Assembly: GCA_965227775.1 (NCBI GenBank)
Contig: OZ245777.1
Span: 2,656,001 to 2,720,000 of the forward strand
Origin: Phycisphaerales bacterium
Lineage (GTDB): Bacteria > Planctomycetota > Phycisphaerae > Phycisphaerales > UBA1924
DNA length: 64,000 bases
Reading direction: 5' to 3'
Shown: positions 38,898 to 48,149 of the stretch, piece after piece
How positions within the stretch are numbered: the first letter of the stretch is position 1
Layout of the letters: the number at the start of each line of letters is the position of its first letter
Program-made: the position numbers and the translations under genes
The notes under the pieces: model-generated
Told to the model about the DNA's origin: nothing
The model's database searches: none
What the model saw: the letters and a program-made list of their open reading frames with translations, nothing else

Positions 38898-40061
38898 CTA
38901 CGGGCAGCCCGCGTCGAATTCGTTCTGGAACGCCAGGAAGTCGAGGATGGTGAAGTCGCCGTCGCCGTCGAAGTCGGCGCGTGGGTCCATGAGGTCGAAA
39001 AGGTTGCTGAAAACGAGAACGTCGAAGATCGTCAGGCTGCCATCGCCGTCGAGGTCGGTGAGGCAGGTCCGTGCCATCGAACCAAGCCTGAAGCCAAACG
39101 CGTGGCCGCTAGCGGACGATGAGCCGCTGAATTCATCTAATCGATCCCGCAACTGATATGTGGGGTCGGGCACCGTTCCCGATCCAGCGCGGAATCTTCG
39201 ACGTGATGTGATGGCGTCCGGCTCGATGACGGTCTCCAGCATCTCGCGAACTCCCCCCGAGGCATCGAGCAATCCCCATGGCGATTGGGTTGCCGGATAA
39301 GACCCCACAGGATACCAGAACATCCCCGGCGGGCCCAACTCGCCGCCGCTCGTCTCGGCACCCGGCTCGCCCGGTTCGCCGCTGACCAAGAACTCGTCGC
39401 CGCCGTCGGGGTAGTACCAGTAGCCCTCCTGACCGTCGCCGTAGCGGTCGGGGTCGTAGTGCACGGCCTTGGTCCACTCGTCGAGCGTTGGTAGGAAGTA
39501 GCGCGCGCCTGGCGAACGCTCGGGCTGGTCGAGCACCCTGCCCGTATCCGGATCGGTACGGAAAGTGCTCGCGTCGTACACGCCGACGTTGAAATCTTCG
39601 AGTTCGGTGCCTTGGTCGTTGTGCAGCCAGTTGCAATACCGAGCCGCGTACCGCCACGACATGACGGCAGGCGCAAACTGTGAATCAAAGTACAAGAAGT
39701 CCAAAATGGCGATGCCGTCCGGATCGAAGCCGACGACGTTGATGCCGTGGCCGATGAGCGTGCCGTCCGATGCATCGCCGCCGGCACGCAGGTAGGCCTG
39801 CGCGAACTTGATGTACTGGTCATTGGTGACCTCTGTCCGCGAGATGCGGTACTCGTAGCCGACGTCGCCGTAGGTGCCGAACAGGTCGAAGCGCCACTCT
39901 GGAGCCTCGCTGGGCAACACGCCTCGATTGCCCGGCGCACCGATGGTCACGAAGTCGTGCCCGTAGTCGGGCGGAACGGTCTGAGCGGCGCACAGCGTGG
40001 CCGCGAACACAATCAAGGAAGCTGCGATGAGGGGGACGGGTAGCCGGTTCGCTGTATCCAT
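38898..40061 (-). CDS. SUMF1/FGE-sulfatase-like secreted protein with GC-type dockerin tag
   Basis: FVTIGAPGN, ISRTEVTN, AARYCNWLHN, LPTLDEW, SPWGLLD, FGFRL; dockerin ending GCP; GGGAGG RBS. Confidence 0.85.
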   Translation of the reverse strand: MDTANRLPVPLIAASLIVFAATLCAAQTVPPDYGHDFVTIGAPGNRGVLPSEAPEWRFDLFGTYGDVGYEYRISRTEVTNDQYIKFAQAYLRAGGDASDGTLIGHGINVVGFDPDGIAILDFLYFDSQFAPAVMSWRYAARYCNWLHNDQGTELEDFNVGVYDASTFRTDPDTGRVLDQPERSPGARYFLPTLDEWTKAVHYDPDRYGDGQEGYWYYPDGGDEFLVSGEPGEPGAETSGGELGPPGMFWYPVGSYPATQSPWGLLDASGGVREMLETVIEPDAITSRRRFRAGSGTVPDPTYQLRDRLDEFSGSSSASGHAFGFRLGSMARTCLTDLDGDGSLTIFDVLVFSNLFDLMDPRADFDGDGDFTILDFLAFQNEFDAGCP

Positions 40062-40180
40062 CGTTCCTCCCATGGATTGACGCGACGCGAGGATTCCGAA
40101 CTCCGCCACTGTTTGTATCGACTATCCGAACGCTTCACGGCCGAAGACGATGCAGTCGCAAGCCACGGTGAAACTCCTCA

Positions 40181-41116
40181 ATGTTTAGCGACCCCGATCG
40201 CGAGCCCCAAGCCGCAGGCTCCCGTGCCGCTCTACCGTGCAGCGTGGACACGCCGAAGTCCCCCACCATTCCAGAGACGCCCACCGTCCCCGACAGCCTC
40301 TCCTGCGTCGGCTGTGGATACGACCTGGTTGGCCTGCCCGAGGACGTGAACTGCCCCGAATGCGGCGTGGCGATCGGGCGGTCGATCAGCGGGGATCACC
40401 TGTTTGCCAGCTCGAGAGAGCATCGCGACAGGCTGGCCAACGGCGCACGGCTGGCACTAATCGGGGCGTGGGCGGGGTGGGCGTCGGCGTCGCTGCTCGC
40501 GGTGTACGCGCTCGTTGCCCAGACTGTGAATCCGTACGCGTCGCTCCTCGTGCTGGGGCCGATGGCCATCGCCATGGCGGTGACGCTCGTTGCCAGCGGG
40601 CAGGGTTGGTTGCGGCTGACCGACGCGGACCCCGACCGCATCGGCGATGGCTCGGAGCGCTGGATCCATCGCTTGCTGCTGCGGCTCTACGCCGGTGCGC
40701 TCGGTACGCTGGGCCCGGTCCTGGTGATCGTGTGGTGCGCGTTCGACGCGATCGCGCGAGTAGCGGGCAGTGTGCCGGGCCCGCCAGCGTCAGTCCTTTT
40801 GAGCGCGGTCCTCTTTGTTCCGACGCTCGCTCTCTCTGGCCCGATCGCGACAGAGGTAATACGCCTTGCACGCCGTCTGCTCGAGGGCGATCTGGCCGAA
40901 CGCTCACGCGGGCTCGCCCCGAGCGGCTGGATGGCCTGCGGCCTGGTGATCCTGGCGGCGCAGTTTGTGTGGTTCCACCCCGGGGGCTGGTGGTGGCTGC
41001 TGGAGCCCATCGCGTGGACGATCACGAGCATCGCCCTGCTGGCCTGGGGCGTGCAATACCACACGCTCGTGCGGGCCCTCCGCATCGCCCTGGCCGCCGT
41101 CGCCGTGCGACCGTGA
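40181..41116 (+). CDS. Zinc-ribbon membrane protein
   Basis: CVGCGYDLVGL..CPECG followed by multiple TMs. Confidence 0.7.
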   Translation: MFSDPDREPQAAGSRAALPCSVDTPKSPTIPETPTVPDSLSCVGCGYDLVGLPEDVNCPECGVAIGRSISGDHLFASSREHRDRLANGARLALIGAWAGWASASLLAVYALVAQTVNPYASLLVLGPMAIAMAVTLVASGQGWLRLTDADPDRIGDGSERWIHRLLLRLYAGALGTLGPVLVIVWCAFDAIARVAGSVPGPPASVLLSAVLFVPTLALSGPIATEVIRLARRLLEGDLAERSRGLAPSGWMACGLVILAAQFVWFHPGGWWWLLEPIAWTITSIALLAWGVQYHTLVRALRIALAAVAVRP

Positions 41117-41167
41117 AGTTGGCTCTGACGGGCCATCGCCTCCGCCCGACAACCTACCATACGCCGG

Positions 41168-41560
41168 ATGTTCGAGATCACCGTACAGGCTGGATTCAAC
41201 GCGCAGCACGCCATCCTAATTGGGGGCGAGCGCGAGCCCGTGCACGGCCACGACTGGCTCGTCGAGGCAACGATCGCCGGCCCGACCCTCGACGCCGAGG
41301 GCCTGCTGTGCGACTTCCACGCCGTCGAGGCGGCCCTCTCGGCCATCGTCAAGCCCTGGATCCACGCAGACCTGAACCATGACGAGGCCTTCCGTGGCCG
41401 GAAGCTCGAGCCCACCGCCGAAAACGTGGCCGTGGTGATCGCCACCGAGCTTGAACGGGCCCTGGACGGCCGCCTGCCCGAGGGGGCCCGGGTGTCGCGA
41501 GTCAGCGTAACCGAAGCGCCCCGGTGCGTGGCGACGTACCTTCTTGCTCAGGAGAGCTGA
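41168..41560 (+). CDS. queD: 6-carboxytetrahydropterin synthase
   Basis: FNAQH, HGHDW, DF, HADLN and PTAEN motifs. Confidence 0.85.
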   Translation: MFEITVQAGFNAQHAILIGGEREPVHGHDWLVEATIAGPTLDAEGLLCDFHAVEAALSAIVKPWIHADLNHDEAFRGRKLEPTAENVAVVIATELERALDGRLPEGARVSRVSVTEAPRCVATYLLAQES

Positions 41561-41581
41561 TCAAGTGGGGAGCAGGGTCGC

Positions 41582-43819
41582 ATGACGCGTCAAGACACGT
41601 ACCAGGATGCACACCCGGCCAACCCCGCAAAGGCCGGCGGGAAGGCGGGCCGTCGCGAACCGGCTCCCGACGAGCTGTTCAATCGCGACCTCTCGTGGCT
41701 GGCCTTCAACCAGCGCGTCCTCGAGCTCTCGGAGGACGATTCGACGCCGCTGCTCGAGCGCGTGAAGTTCCTGGGCATCTTCGCAAGCAATCTTGACGAG
41801 TTCTTCATGAAACGCGTCGGGCTCATCCGCCGCCAGGTCGACGCGGGCATCGAGGCCCCTTCTCCCGACGGCCTGACGCCCCGACAGCAACTCGACGCCG
41901 TCCGCGAGGTCGTCGAGCGCCTCCAAGCCCGCCAGGCCGACTGCTGGGAGCGGGCCATCCTGCCCGCGCTCGAAGCCGAGGGCGTGACCCTCGTCGGCTA
42001 TGACCAGCTCGACGATGCCGAGCGCGCCCGGCTCGACCAGTGGTTCGAGGACGAGGTCTTCCCGATCCTCACGCCGTTGTCGATCGACCCGGGCCACCGC
42101 TTCCCTTTCATTAGCAACCTCTCGGAGAACCTGGGCATCCTGCTCTCGGGCGACGGTGGGCCGCCAAATGCGCCGGCTTCCGAGGCCGGGCTCGGCCGAT
42201 TCTGCCGCCTCAAGATCCCCGATGGCGTGCCGCGCATGGTCCGCTGCGATGATCCCACGGGCGAGGGCGAGCCCGCGAGCGTGCTGGCGGCCGAGCGTCG
42301 GTTGCGATTTACGCCGCTCGAGCAGGTGATGCGCGCCAACCTCGGCATGCTCTTCCCGGGCGTCTCGGTGCTGGCGACAAACGCCTTCCGTGTCACACGG
42401 TCGGCCAGCGTCGAGGTCGAGGACGAGGCTGGCGATCTGCTTGAAAGCGTGCAGGAAGAGCTGCGACGCCGCCGTTTCGCGCGGCCCGTGCGCATGGAGA
42501 TGACCGAGGAGCCCAATGACGACCTCAGCGGATTCTTCGCCACGAGCCTGGGACTGCAGCCCGGAGACGTCTACGTCCGCCGCGGTCCGCTCGAGTACGG
42601 CGACGTCATGGAACTCGCCTCGCTCGACCTTCCGCACCTCAAGGACAAACCGTGGAAGCCGTTAACGCCGCCGCGTCTGCTGGGCGTCGACGTGCGCAGC
42701 GGCCGGGGTGACATCTTCGCGGCCATCCGCGAGCAGGACATCATCGCACACCATCCGTACGAGAGCTTCGACGCCTCGGTGCGGGCATTCGTCAGCGCTG
42801 CATCGCGCGACCCCGACGTCGTCGCCATCAAGCAAACGATCTACCGGACCAGCCGCGACTCGCCCTTCGTACGCTCGCTCGTACGTGCGGCCGAGAACGG
42901 CAAGCAAGTCGCGTGCATGGTTGAGCTGCGGGCCCGCTTCGACGAGCACCGCAACGTGTCCTTCGCCAGGCGCCTCGAGCACGCGGGGGTGCACGTTGCC
43001 TATGGCATCGTCGGGCTCAAGACGCATGCCAAGTGCTCGCTTGTCGTCCGTCGCGAGCGGGACGGCCTGCGCGCCTACGCCCACGTTGGCACGGGCAACT
43101 ACCATCCCCACACCGCCCAGCTCTATACCGACCTCTCGTTGCTCACATGCGATCCCAGGATCACCGGCGAGGTCCTCGAGCTCTTCAACGCCATGACCGG
43201 GTACTCGCTCAAGGGCGACTACGAACATCTGCTCGTCGCCCCCACCACCATGCGGCCCACGTTCGAGGCGTTGATCGAGGCCGAGATCGAGCACGCGCGG
43301 GCGGGCCGGCCCGCGCGCATCTTCGCCAAGCTTAACTCGATGGAGGACCGCAAGATGACCGCGCGCCTGTACGAGGCCAGCCAGGCCGGCGTGCAGGTCG
43401 ACTTGTGCGTCCGCGGCTTCTGCTGCCTGAAGCCCGGCGTGCCAGGACTGAGTGAGAACATCCGTGTGGTGTCCGTCATTGGGCGCTTCCTTGAGCACTC
43501 ACGTATATTCCACTTCTCTGGTGGTCAGAGCGACCCGCTGAAAGGCCATTGGTACATGGGCAGCGCCGATTGGATGTACCGCAACCTCAACAACCGCCTC
43601 GAAGCGATCTGCCCGATCTACGACAAGGCGGCCCGCCGCAGGCTGCACGAAGCCATGCGTGCGAACCTCGACGACCAAGCCCAAGCGTGGGACCTGCAGC
43701 CCGACGGCTCCTACGTCAGACGTGAGCGCACGGGTCGCGGTACGTTCGTCACGATGATGCGCAGCACGCAGAAGGCCCACGCCGCCGCGCTGGCTGCCGC
43801 CGGCGAGATGGATCGCTGA
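41582..43819 (+). CDS. ppk1: Polyphosphate kinase 1
   Basis: NRDLSWLAFNQRVL, HHPYESF, ELRARFDE, KTHAK, GRFLEHSR. Confidence 0.97.
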   Translation: MTRQDTYQDAHPANPAKAGGKAGRREPAPDELFNRDLSWLAFNQRVLELSEDDSTPLLERVKFLGIFASNLDEFFMKRVGLIRRQVDAGIEAPSPDGLTPRQQLDAVREVVERLQARQADCWERAILPALEAEGVTLVGYDQLDDAERARLDQWFEDEVFPILTPLSIDPGHRFPFISNLSENLGILLSGDGGPPNAPASEAGLGRFCRLKIPDGVPRMVRCDDPTGEGEPASVLAAERRLRFTPLEQVMRANLGMLFPGVSVLATNAFRVTRSASVEVEDEAGDLLESVQEELRRRRFARPVRMEMTEEPNDDLSGFFATSLGLQPGDVYVRRGPLEYGDVMELASLDLPHLKDKPWKPLTPPRLLGVDVRSGRGDIFAAIREQDIIAHHPYESFDASVRAFVSAASRDPDVVAIKQTIYRTSRDSPFVRSLVRAAENGKQVACMVELRARFDEHRNVSFARRLEHAGVHVAYGIVGLKTHAKCSLVVRRERDGLRAYAHVGTGNYHPHTAQLYTDLSLLTCDPRITGEVLELFNAMTGYSLKGDYEHLLVAPTTMRPTFEALIEAEIEHARAGRPARIFAKLNSMEDRKMTARLYEASQAGVQVDLCVRGFCCLKPGVPGLSENIRVVSVIGRFLEHSRIFHFSGGQSDPLKGHWYMGSADWMYRNLNNRLEAICPIYDKAARRRLHEAMRANLDDQAQAWDLQPDGSYVRRERTGRGTFVTMMRSTQKAHAAALAAAGEMDR

Positions 43820-43822
43820 CGC

Positions 43823-44887
43823 GTGCGCATCGGCGATCGACCTATCGGCCGCGAGCATCCGCCCTATGTCATTGCCGAGCTGGGCGTGAATCACGATGGT
43901 TCGCTCGAGGCGCTTCTTGAGCTCGTGCAAGCCGCGCATCGTGCGGGTGCCGACGCCATCAAGCTCCAGCTCTTCACGGCCGATGAGCTGCTGGCCGGTG
44001 CGGCAACGCTTGCCGAGTATCAGAAGGATGCCGGCGAGCGCGACCCGCGGGACATGCTCCGCCGGCTCGAACTGCCGCTGGACGCCGCCCGCCGCGCCAC
44101 GGATCTCTCCCACGAACTCGGCATGCACGCCATCTCGACGGTATTCGATCTTCCGCTGCTGCCGATCGCCGACGAGTTGCCGCTCGACGCCTACAAGACC
44201 GCCTCGCCCGATCTTGTGCACCTGCCACTCCTGCACGCGCTCGTCGAAACCGGCAAGCCGTTGATCGTGAGCACTGGAGCCGCTTCACGAGAGGAAGTCC
44301 AGCGAGCCGTCGGCTGGCTCACCCCCGCGCGCGAACGGCTTGCGTTCCTCCAGTGCGTCAGCAGCTACCCGACGCCGCCCGAGTACGCGTCTGTGGCCGC
44401 AGTGGCCGATCTTGCCAACTTGTTCTCGGGGCCGATTGGGTATAGCGACCACACCACGCTCATCGACACCGGCGCGCTCGCGGTCACGCGCGGGGCTCGC
44501 ATACTCGAGAAACACTTGACGCTCAATCGAACGCAACCCGGGCCGGATCACGCCGCCTCGATCGAGCCCGACCAACTCGCCGAATACGCGCAGCTCTGCC
44601 GCGACGCGTTCGATGGCACCTGGCAAGCCAACCCGAACGACGAGCGGCTCGGCCCACCGACGAAGTTCTTGCTGCCCATCGAGGCTGACGTGCGCCAGGT
44701 CGCTCGCCGGAGCATCGTGGCGGCGCGCGATCTCACGGCCGGCCAAGTGCTCGCGATAGAAGACCTCGCGTTCAAGCGTCCCGGCGGAGGTCTCGAGCCC
44801 TGGCAGGCGGACCTACTCCTTGGACGGCCCGTCGAGTTCGACGTCCCCGCCGACCGAGCGATCATGCCTGAGGACGTAATCGACTGA
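43823..44887 (+). CDS. N-acetylneuraminate synthase (NeuB) family protein
   Basis: IAELGVNHDG, STG, QCVSSYP, GYSDHT, EKHLT, SAF domain KRPGGGL. Confidence 0.9.
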   Translation: MRIGDRPIGREHPPYVIAELGVNHDGSLEALLELVQAAHRAGADAIKLQLFTADELLAGAATLAEYQKDAGERDPRDMLRRLELPLDAARRATDLSHELGMHAISTVFDLPLLPIADELPLDAYKTASPDLVHLPLLHALVETGKPLIVSTGAASREEVQRAVGWLTPARERLAFLQCVSSYPTPPEYASVAAVADLANLFSGPIGYSDHTTLIDTGALAVTRGARILEKHLTLNRTQPGPDHAASIEPDQLAEYAQLCRDAFDGTWQANPNDERLGPPTKFLLPIEADVRQVARRSIVAARDLTAGQVLAIEDLAFKRPGGGLEPWQADLLLGRPVEFDVPADRAIMPEDVID

Positions 44888-46228
44888 TCCGGCAACGCCG
44901 AGCCCCATCAGCAGCATCCACATCGCCAGCACGTGTGTGTTCAGGTGCATGACCTCGAACATGCACGCGGCAAACAGTCCCAGCATCGCCCACGGCACGC
45001 CCGCCGCATACGGATGCTCATGCAATCGCATCACGAGTGCCAGGCGCGCCATGATGAGCAAGACAACCGCATAGAGTGCAAGGCCAACAATTCCCGTATT
45101 GGCGAGCGGCTGAAGCAGCGCGTTGTGCGGGTGCGGCCCGGTGTGCGTGCGATCGGCCGGGTCGATCCCGCGCTCGGCCAGATTCTCGAGCACCCACGGC
45201 TCATACCCACCCTCGCCCGTGCCGCCGATGGGATGGTCCGCGAACGCCTGCACGGCCCACCACATCAACAGCAGCCTGGTTCCGGTGTACGACGAGAAGT
45301 CCTTGTCCTCGAAGACCTGGCGGAGTTCCTCGCGCGCCTCCATCGCTCGTGGCGCGGCAACCTTCCAGCCAACGACTCCCCCACCGATTGCAACAAGGAT
45401 CATCACAACACTGGCGATGATTGCGCGCCGTGCCGTCCACCTGATCTTCCACGCGCCCACAATGCACGCCAGCCCGACAAGCCACGCTGCGGCTAGCCAC
45501 GCACCGCGCGTGCCGGTTGCCAGGATTGCCGCAAGCGTGATCACAACGCCGACGCCTCCGAGCACCATCCACGCACGTCGGCCACACAACAGCGCTCCCA
45601 GGTGAAGCCCAAGCGCAGCACACAAGTTGGTTCCCCCCGCCACCGGCTCGTTCCATCCGGCGTTGCGGTTGGGCATGCGATCCCACTGCGGCAACCACTC
45701 GATGCCCGCGCGGCTGAGCCCGTGGCTGACCTGCGAGAGGTTGTACACGAGGAAGCCGCACACGAGCCCGACGGCAAGCGTGCCCACCATCGGCGCGAGC
45801 GGCAACAGGAACGGGATGTTCCAGATGAACCGGATCTTGTCAATACGATCGACGCCGGCTTCGACGTCCGGCGACCACAGCAGCGAGACCGCCCGCCATG
45901 CGGTCCACACGACGATCGCTAGAAACAGCGGGTGGGCAAGCCCCATGACGAACGCGCGCCACACCCAGGGCATGCGGACGAACGTGACGAGCCAGAGCAA
46001 TACCCCTCCAACCTCGAGGTACGTCGTCCGCCCGCACACGCAGATCGTCCACGCGAGCGCCCCAATGAGGTGCAGCCACCAAAGCCAACGCGGCCCGCCC
46101 TGGGCTCGCTCGATCGCGTCGCGAGCAAACGCTTTCGAAAAGAAACCGAGCACGAGGCGTTCGGCTTGCATGCGGGGCATCCCTCGTTCTCGAAGGCCGT
46201 GACGGGCCGAAGGCGGCCTGGGTGTCAT
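44813..46228 (-). CDS. O-antigen ligase family protein
   Basis: Multi-TM; TGTRGAWL, HPIGGTG and HPHN motifs. Confidence 0.8.
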   Translation of the reverse strand: MTPRPPSARHGLRERGMPRMQAERLVLGFFSKAFARDAIERAQGGPRWLWWLHLIGALAWTICVCGRTTYLEVGGVLLWLVTFVRMPWVWRAFVMGLAHPLFLAIVVWTAWRAVSLLWSPDVEAGVDRIDKIRFIWNIPFLLPLAPMVGTLAVGLVCGFLVYNLSQVSHGLSRAGIEWLPQWDRMPNRNAGWNEPVAGGTNLCAALGLHLGALLCGRRAWMVLGGVGVVITLAAILATGTRGAWLAAAWLVGLACIVGAWKIRWTARRAIIASVVMILVAIGGGVVGWKVAAPRAMEAREELRQVFEDKDFSSYTGTRLLLMWWAVQAFADHPIGGTGEGGYEPWVLENLAERGIDPADRTHTGPHPHNALLQPLANTGIVGLALYAVVLLIMARLALVMRLHEHPYAAGVPWAMLGLFAACMFEVMHLNTHVLAMWMLLMGLGVAGSVDYVLRHDRSVGGDVELDGPSKE

Positions 46229-46346
46229 AACCGGTCCGGAATGCAACGAACCCGACCGGTATTCGTACAATAGTGCATCGGAGGGCCCGGCCCGCCCGAC
46301 CTTCTTGTCGGATAGCCCATCAAGCCGCCAGTTGGAGGCAGCGATC

Positions 46347-48080
46347 ATGCAAGCCGTTCATCGAGTCGTCCGCAAGGCTTCGCTCCGCTTGTTCCTGCGT
46401 CAGTTCATCCAGCGGCTGGCTGTCACCACGTTCGTTGCCATCCTCGGTGTGCTCGCGATCAAGATCGGCCTGTGGCTCGCTGGCGTGGGGCTCGATGTCG
46501 TAGCGACCGTCGCGATCGCCGGCGCCGCCGCCATCGCGAGCGCCGCTCTCTGGGCGCTCATCACCAGACCGCGAGGCGTTGCAGTCGCCCGCGCAGTCGA
46601 CGAGGCCGCCGGCCTTCGCGAGAGCTTGAGTACGGCATGGCTGCACGAGCGAGAGAGCGATCCCTGGTCGGCCGCCGTGCGCACGGACGCCGATCGCCGT
46701 GCGAGCGCCGTCGACGTGCGCGCTGCACTGCCTCTGGCAATCGGCAAGCTCTGGCGGGTCCCACCGATCGCAGCCGTCGCGGTTGCCATCATCTGGGTCG
46801 TGCTCCCCGCGACGAGCCCCGACATCTTCGGATGGCTCGAGCGCGAAGAGCAGCAGGCCCAGGCCGAGCAGGAGATGGAAGACGCGCAGGTCGCCATCAA
46901 GGTCGCCGAAGAGATTGCCCAGAAGGTTGCCGAGAAGACCGGCCAGCAGCTCGATCAGTTCAACACAGACCAGAATCCCGAGATGCAGACGCCCCAGGCG
47001 CTGCGCATGGCGGCGCTCGACAAGCTGACACAGGCAGAGCAAGCGTTGCGCGAAGAGGTCGAGAACGGAGACGCGGCCAAGAAGCTCGAGGCCATGCGCC
47101 GCGAGCTCAGCCGCATGAAGCAGCCCGGCCCGGGCCCCGCAGCCGAACTCGCGCGCGAACTGGCCAAGGGCGACTTCGCCGCCGCCAAGCAGCAGCTCGA
47201 CGAGCTTGCCCAGCAGATCGATAGCGGTCAGCTCGATGACGCGACCCGCAAGCAGCTCGAAGAGCAGCTCAAGAACATGCAGGCCCAGCTCGAGCAGATC
47301 GCCCAGGACAAGAGCTCGCTCGAGCAGGCGCTCCAGCAGGCCGGCATGAACCAGCAGCAAGCACAGCAGCTGGCGCAGCAGATGGCCCAGAACGCAAACA
47401 ACCCACAGCAGATGCAGCAAATGATGCAGCAGGCCATGCAGCAGATGCAGAACCTGACGCCTGCCCAGAAGCAGCAACTCATGCAGCAAGCCCAGCAGAT
47501 GGCCCAAGCCTGCCAGGCTTGCCAGAACATGGGTAACAAGATGGGCCAGATGGCCGCCGCGTGCCAGAACCCAGGCCAGGGTGGCGCGGGCGCCGCTTCA
47601 TCGGGCATGCTCAGCCAGATGGAGATGATGCAGATGGAGCAGCAGGCCGCCCAAGCCATGCTCTCGCAAACGCAGCAGCAAATGCAGCAGCTGGGCGGCG
47701 GCCTGACGTCGCTCCAGCCCGGCAACACTTCCGGCAGCGGCCCGATGGCCGGCGTTGGCACAGAACTCGCCAACGGTGACGAGACCGATCCCGTCGAGAT
47801 CGACCGCCAGGCCCAGCGCACGCCCACGCAGCTTGGCGAGGGTCCGATCGTCGCCGAGCGACTCGTCTACGGCGAGCTCGTCCGAGGCGAGTCGGTCGCC
47901 CAGTTCAGCAGCGCGGTGCAAGCCGCCAGCACGGGCGTCGCCGAGGCCATCGAGGACAACGTCGTTCCTATCGAGTGGCAGGAGTCGCTCCAGGCCTACT
48001 TCGGTCGCCTGCAGAAGCGGGCCGACGTCGTGCAGGGCGCGGCACAGGAAGAGCCAGCCGAATCGACCGGCGGCAACTAA
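46347..48080 (+). CDS. Membrane-anchored Q/M-rich coiled-coil protein
   Basis: Three N-terminal TMs, GLRESLSTA, long Q/M low-complexity region, VPIEWQESLQAYF; GGAGG RBS. Confidence 0.75.
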   Translation: MQAVHRVVRKASLRLFLRQFIQRLAVTTFVAILGVLAIKIGLWLAGVGLDVVATVAIAGAAAIASAALWALITRPRGVAVARAVDEAAGLRESLSTAWLHERESDPWSAAVRTDADRRASAVDVRAALPLAIGKLWRVPPIAAVAVAIIWVVLPATSPDIFGWLEREEQQAQAEQEMEDAQVAIKVAEEIAQKVAEKTGQQLDQFNTDQNPEMQTPQALRMAALDKLTQAEQALREEVENGDAAKKLEAMRRELSRMKQPGPGPAAELARELAKGDFAAAKQQLDELAQQIDSGQLDDATRKQLEEQLKNMQAQLEQIAQDKSSLEQALQQAGMNQQQAQQLAQQMAQNANNPQQMQQMMQQAMQQMQNLTPAQKQQLMQQAQQMAQACQACQNMGNKMGQMAAACQNPGQGGAGAASSGMLSQMEMMQMEQQAAQAMLSQTQQQMQQLGGGLTSLQPGNTSGSGPMAGVGTELANGDETDPVEIDRQAQRTPTQLGEGPIVAERLVYGELVRGESVAQFSSAVQAASTGVAEAIEDNVVPIEWQESLQAYFGRLQKRADVVQGAAQEEPAESTGGN

Positions 48081-48100
48081 ACGGAAGAAATCCGTATGAC

Positions 48101-48129
48101 AAAAACCCCGGGCTGACCCCGGGGTTTTT
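48101..48129. terminator. Bidirectional rho-independent terminator
   Basis: AAAAACCCCGGG-CTGAC-CCCGGGGTTTTT between convergent genes. Confidence 0.88.
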
Positions 48130-48149
48130 GATTGAGTGAGCTCGCTGAC

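Noticed and set aside
46347..48080. CAG/ATG-rich stretch as a DNA repeat element
   Set aside because: Explained by the Gln/Met-rich coding sequence
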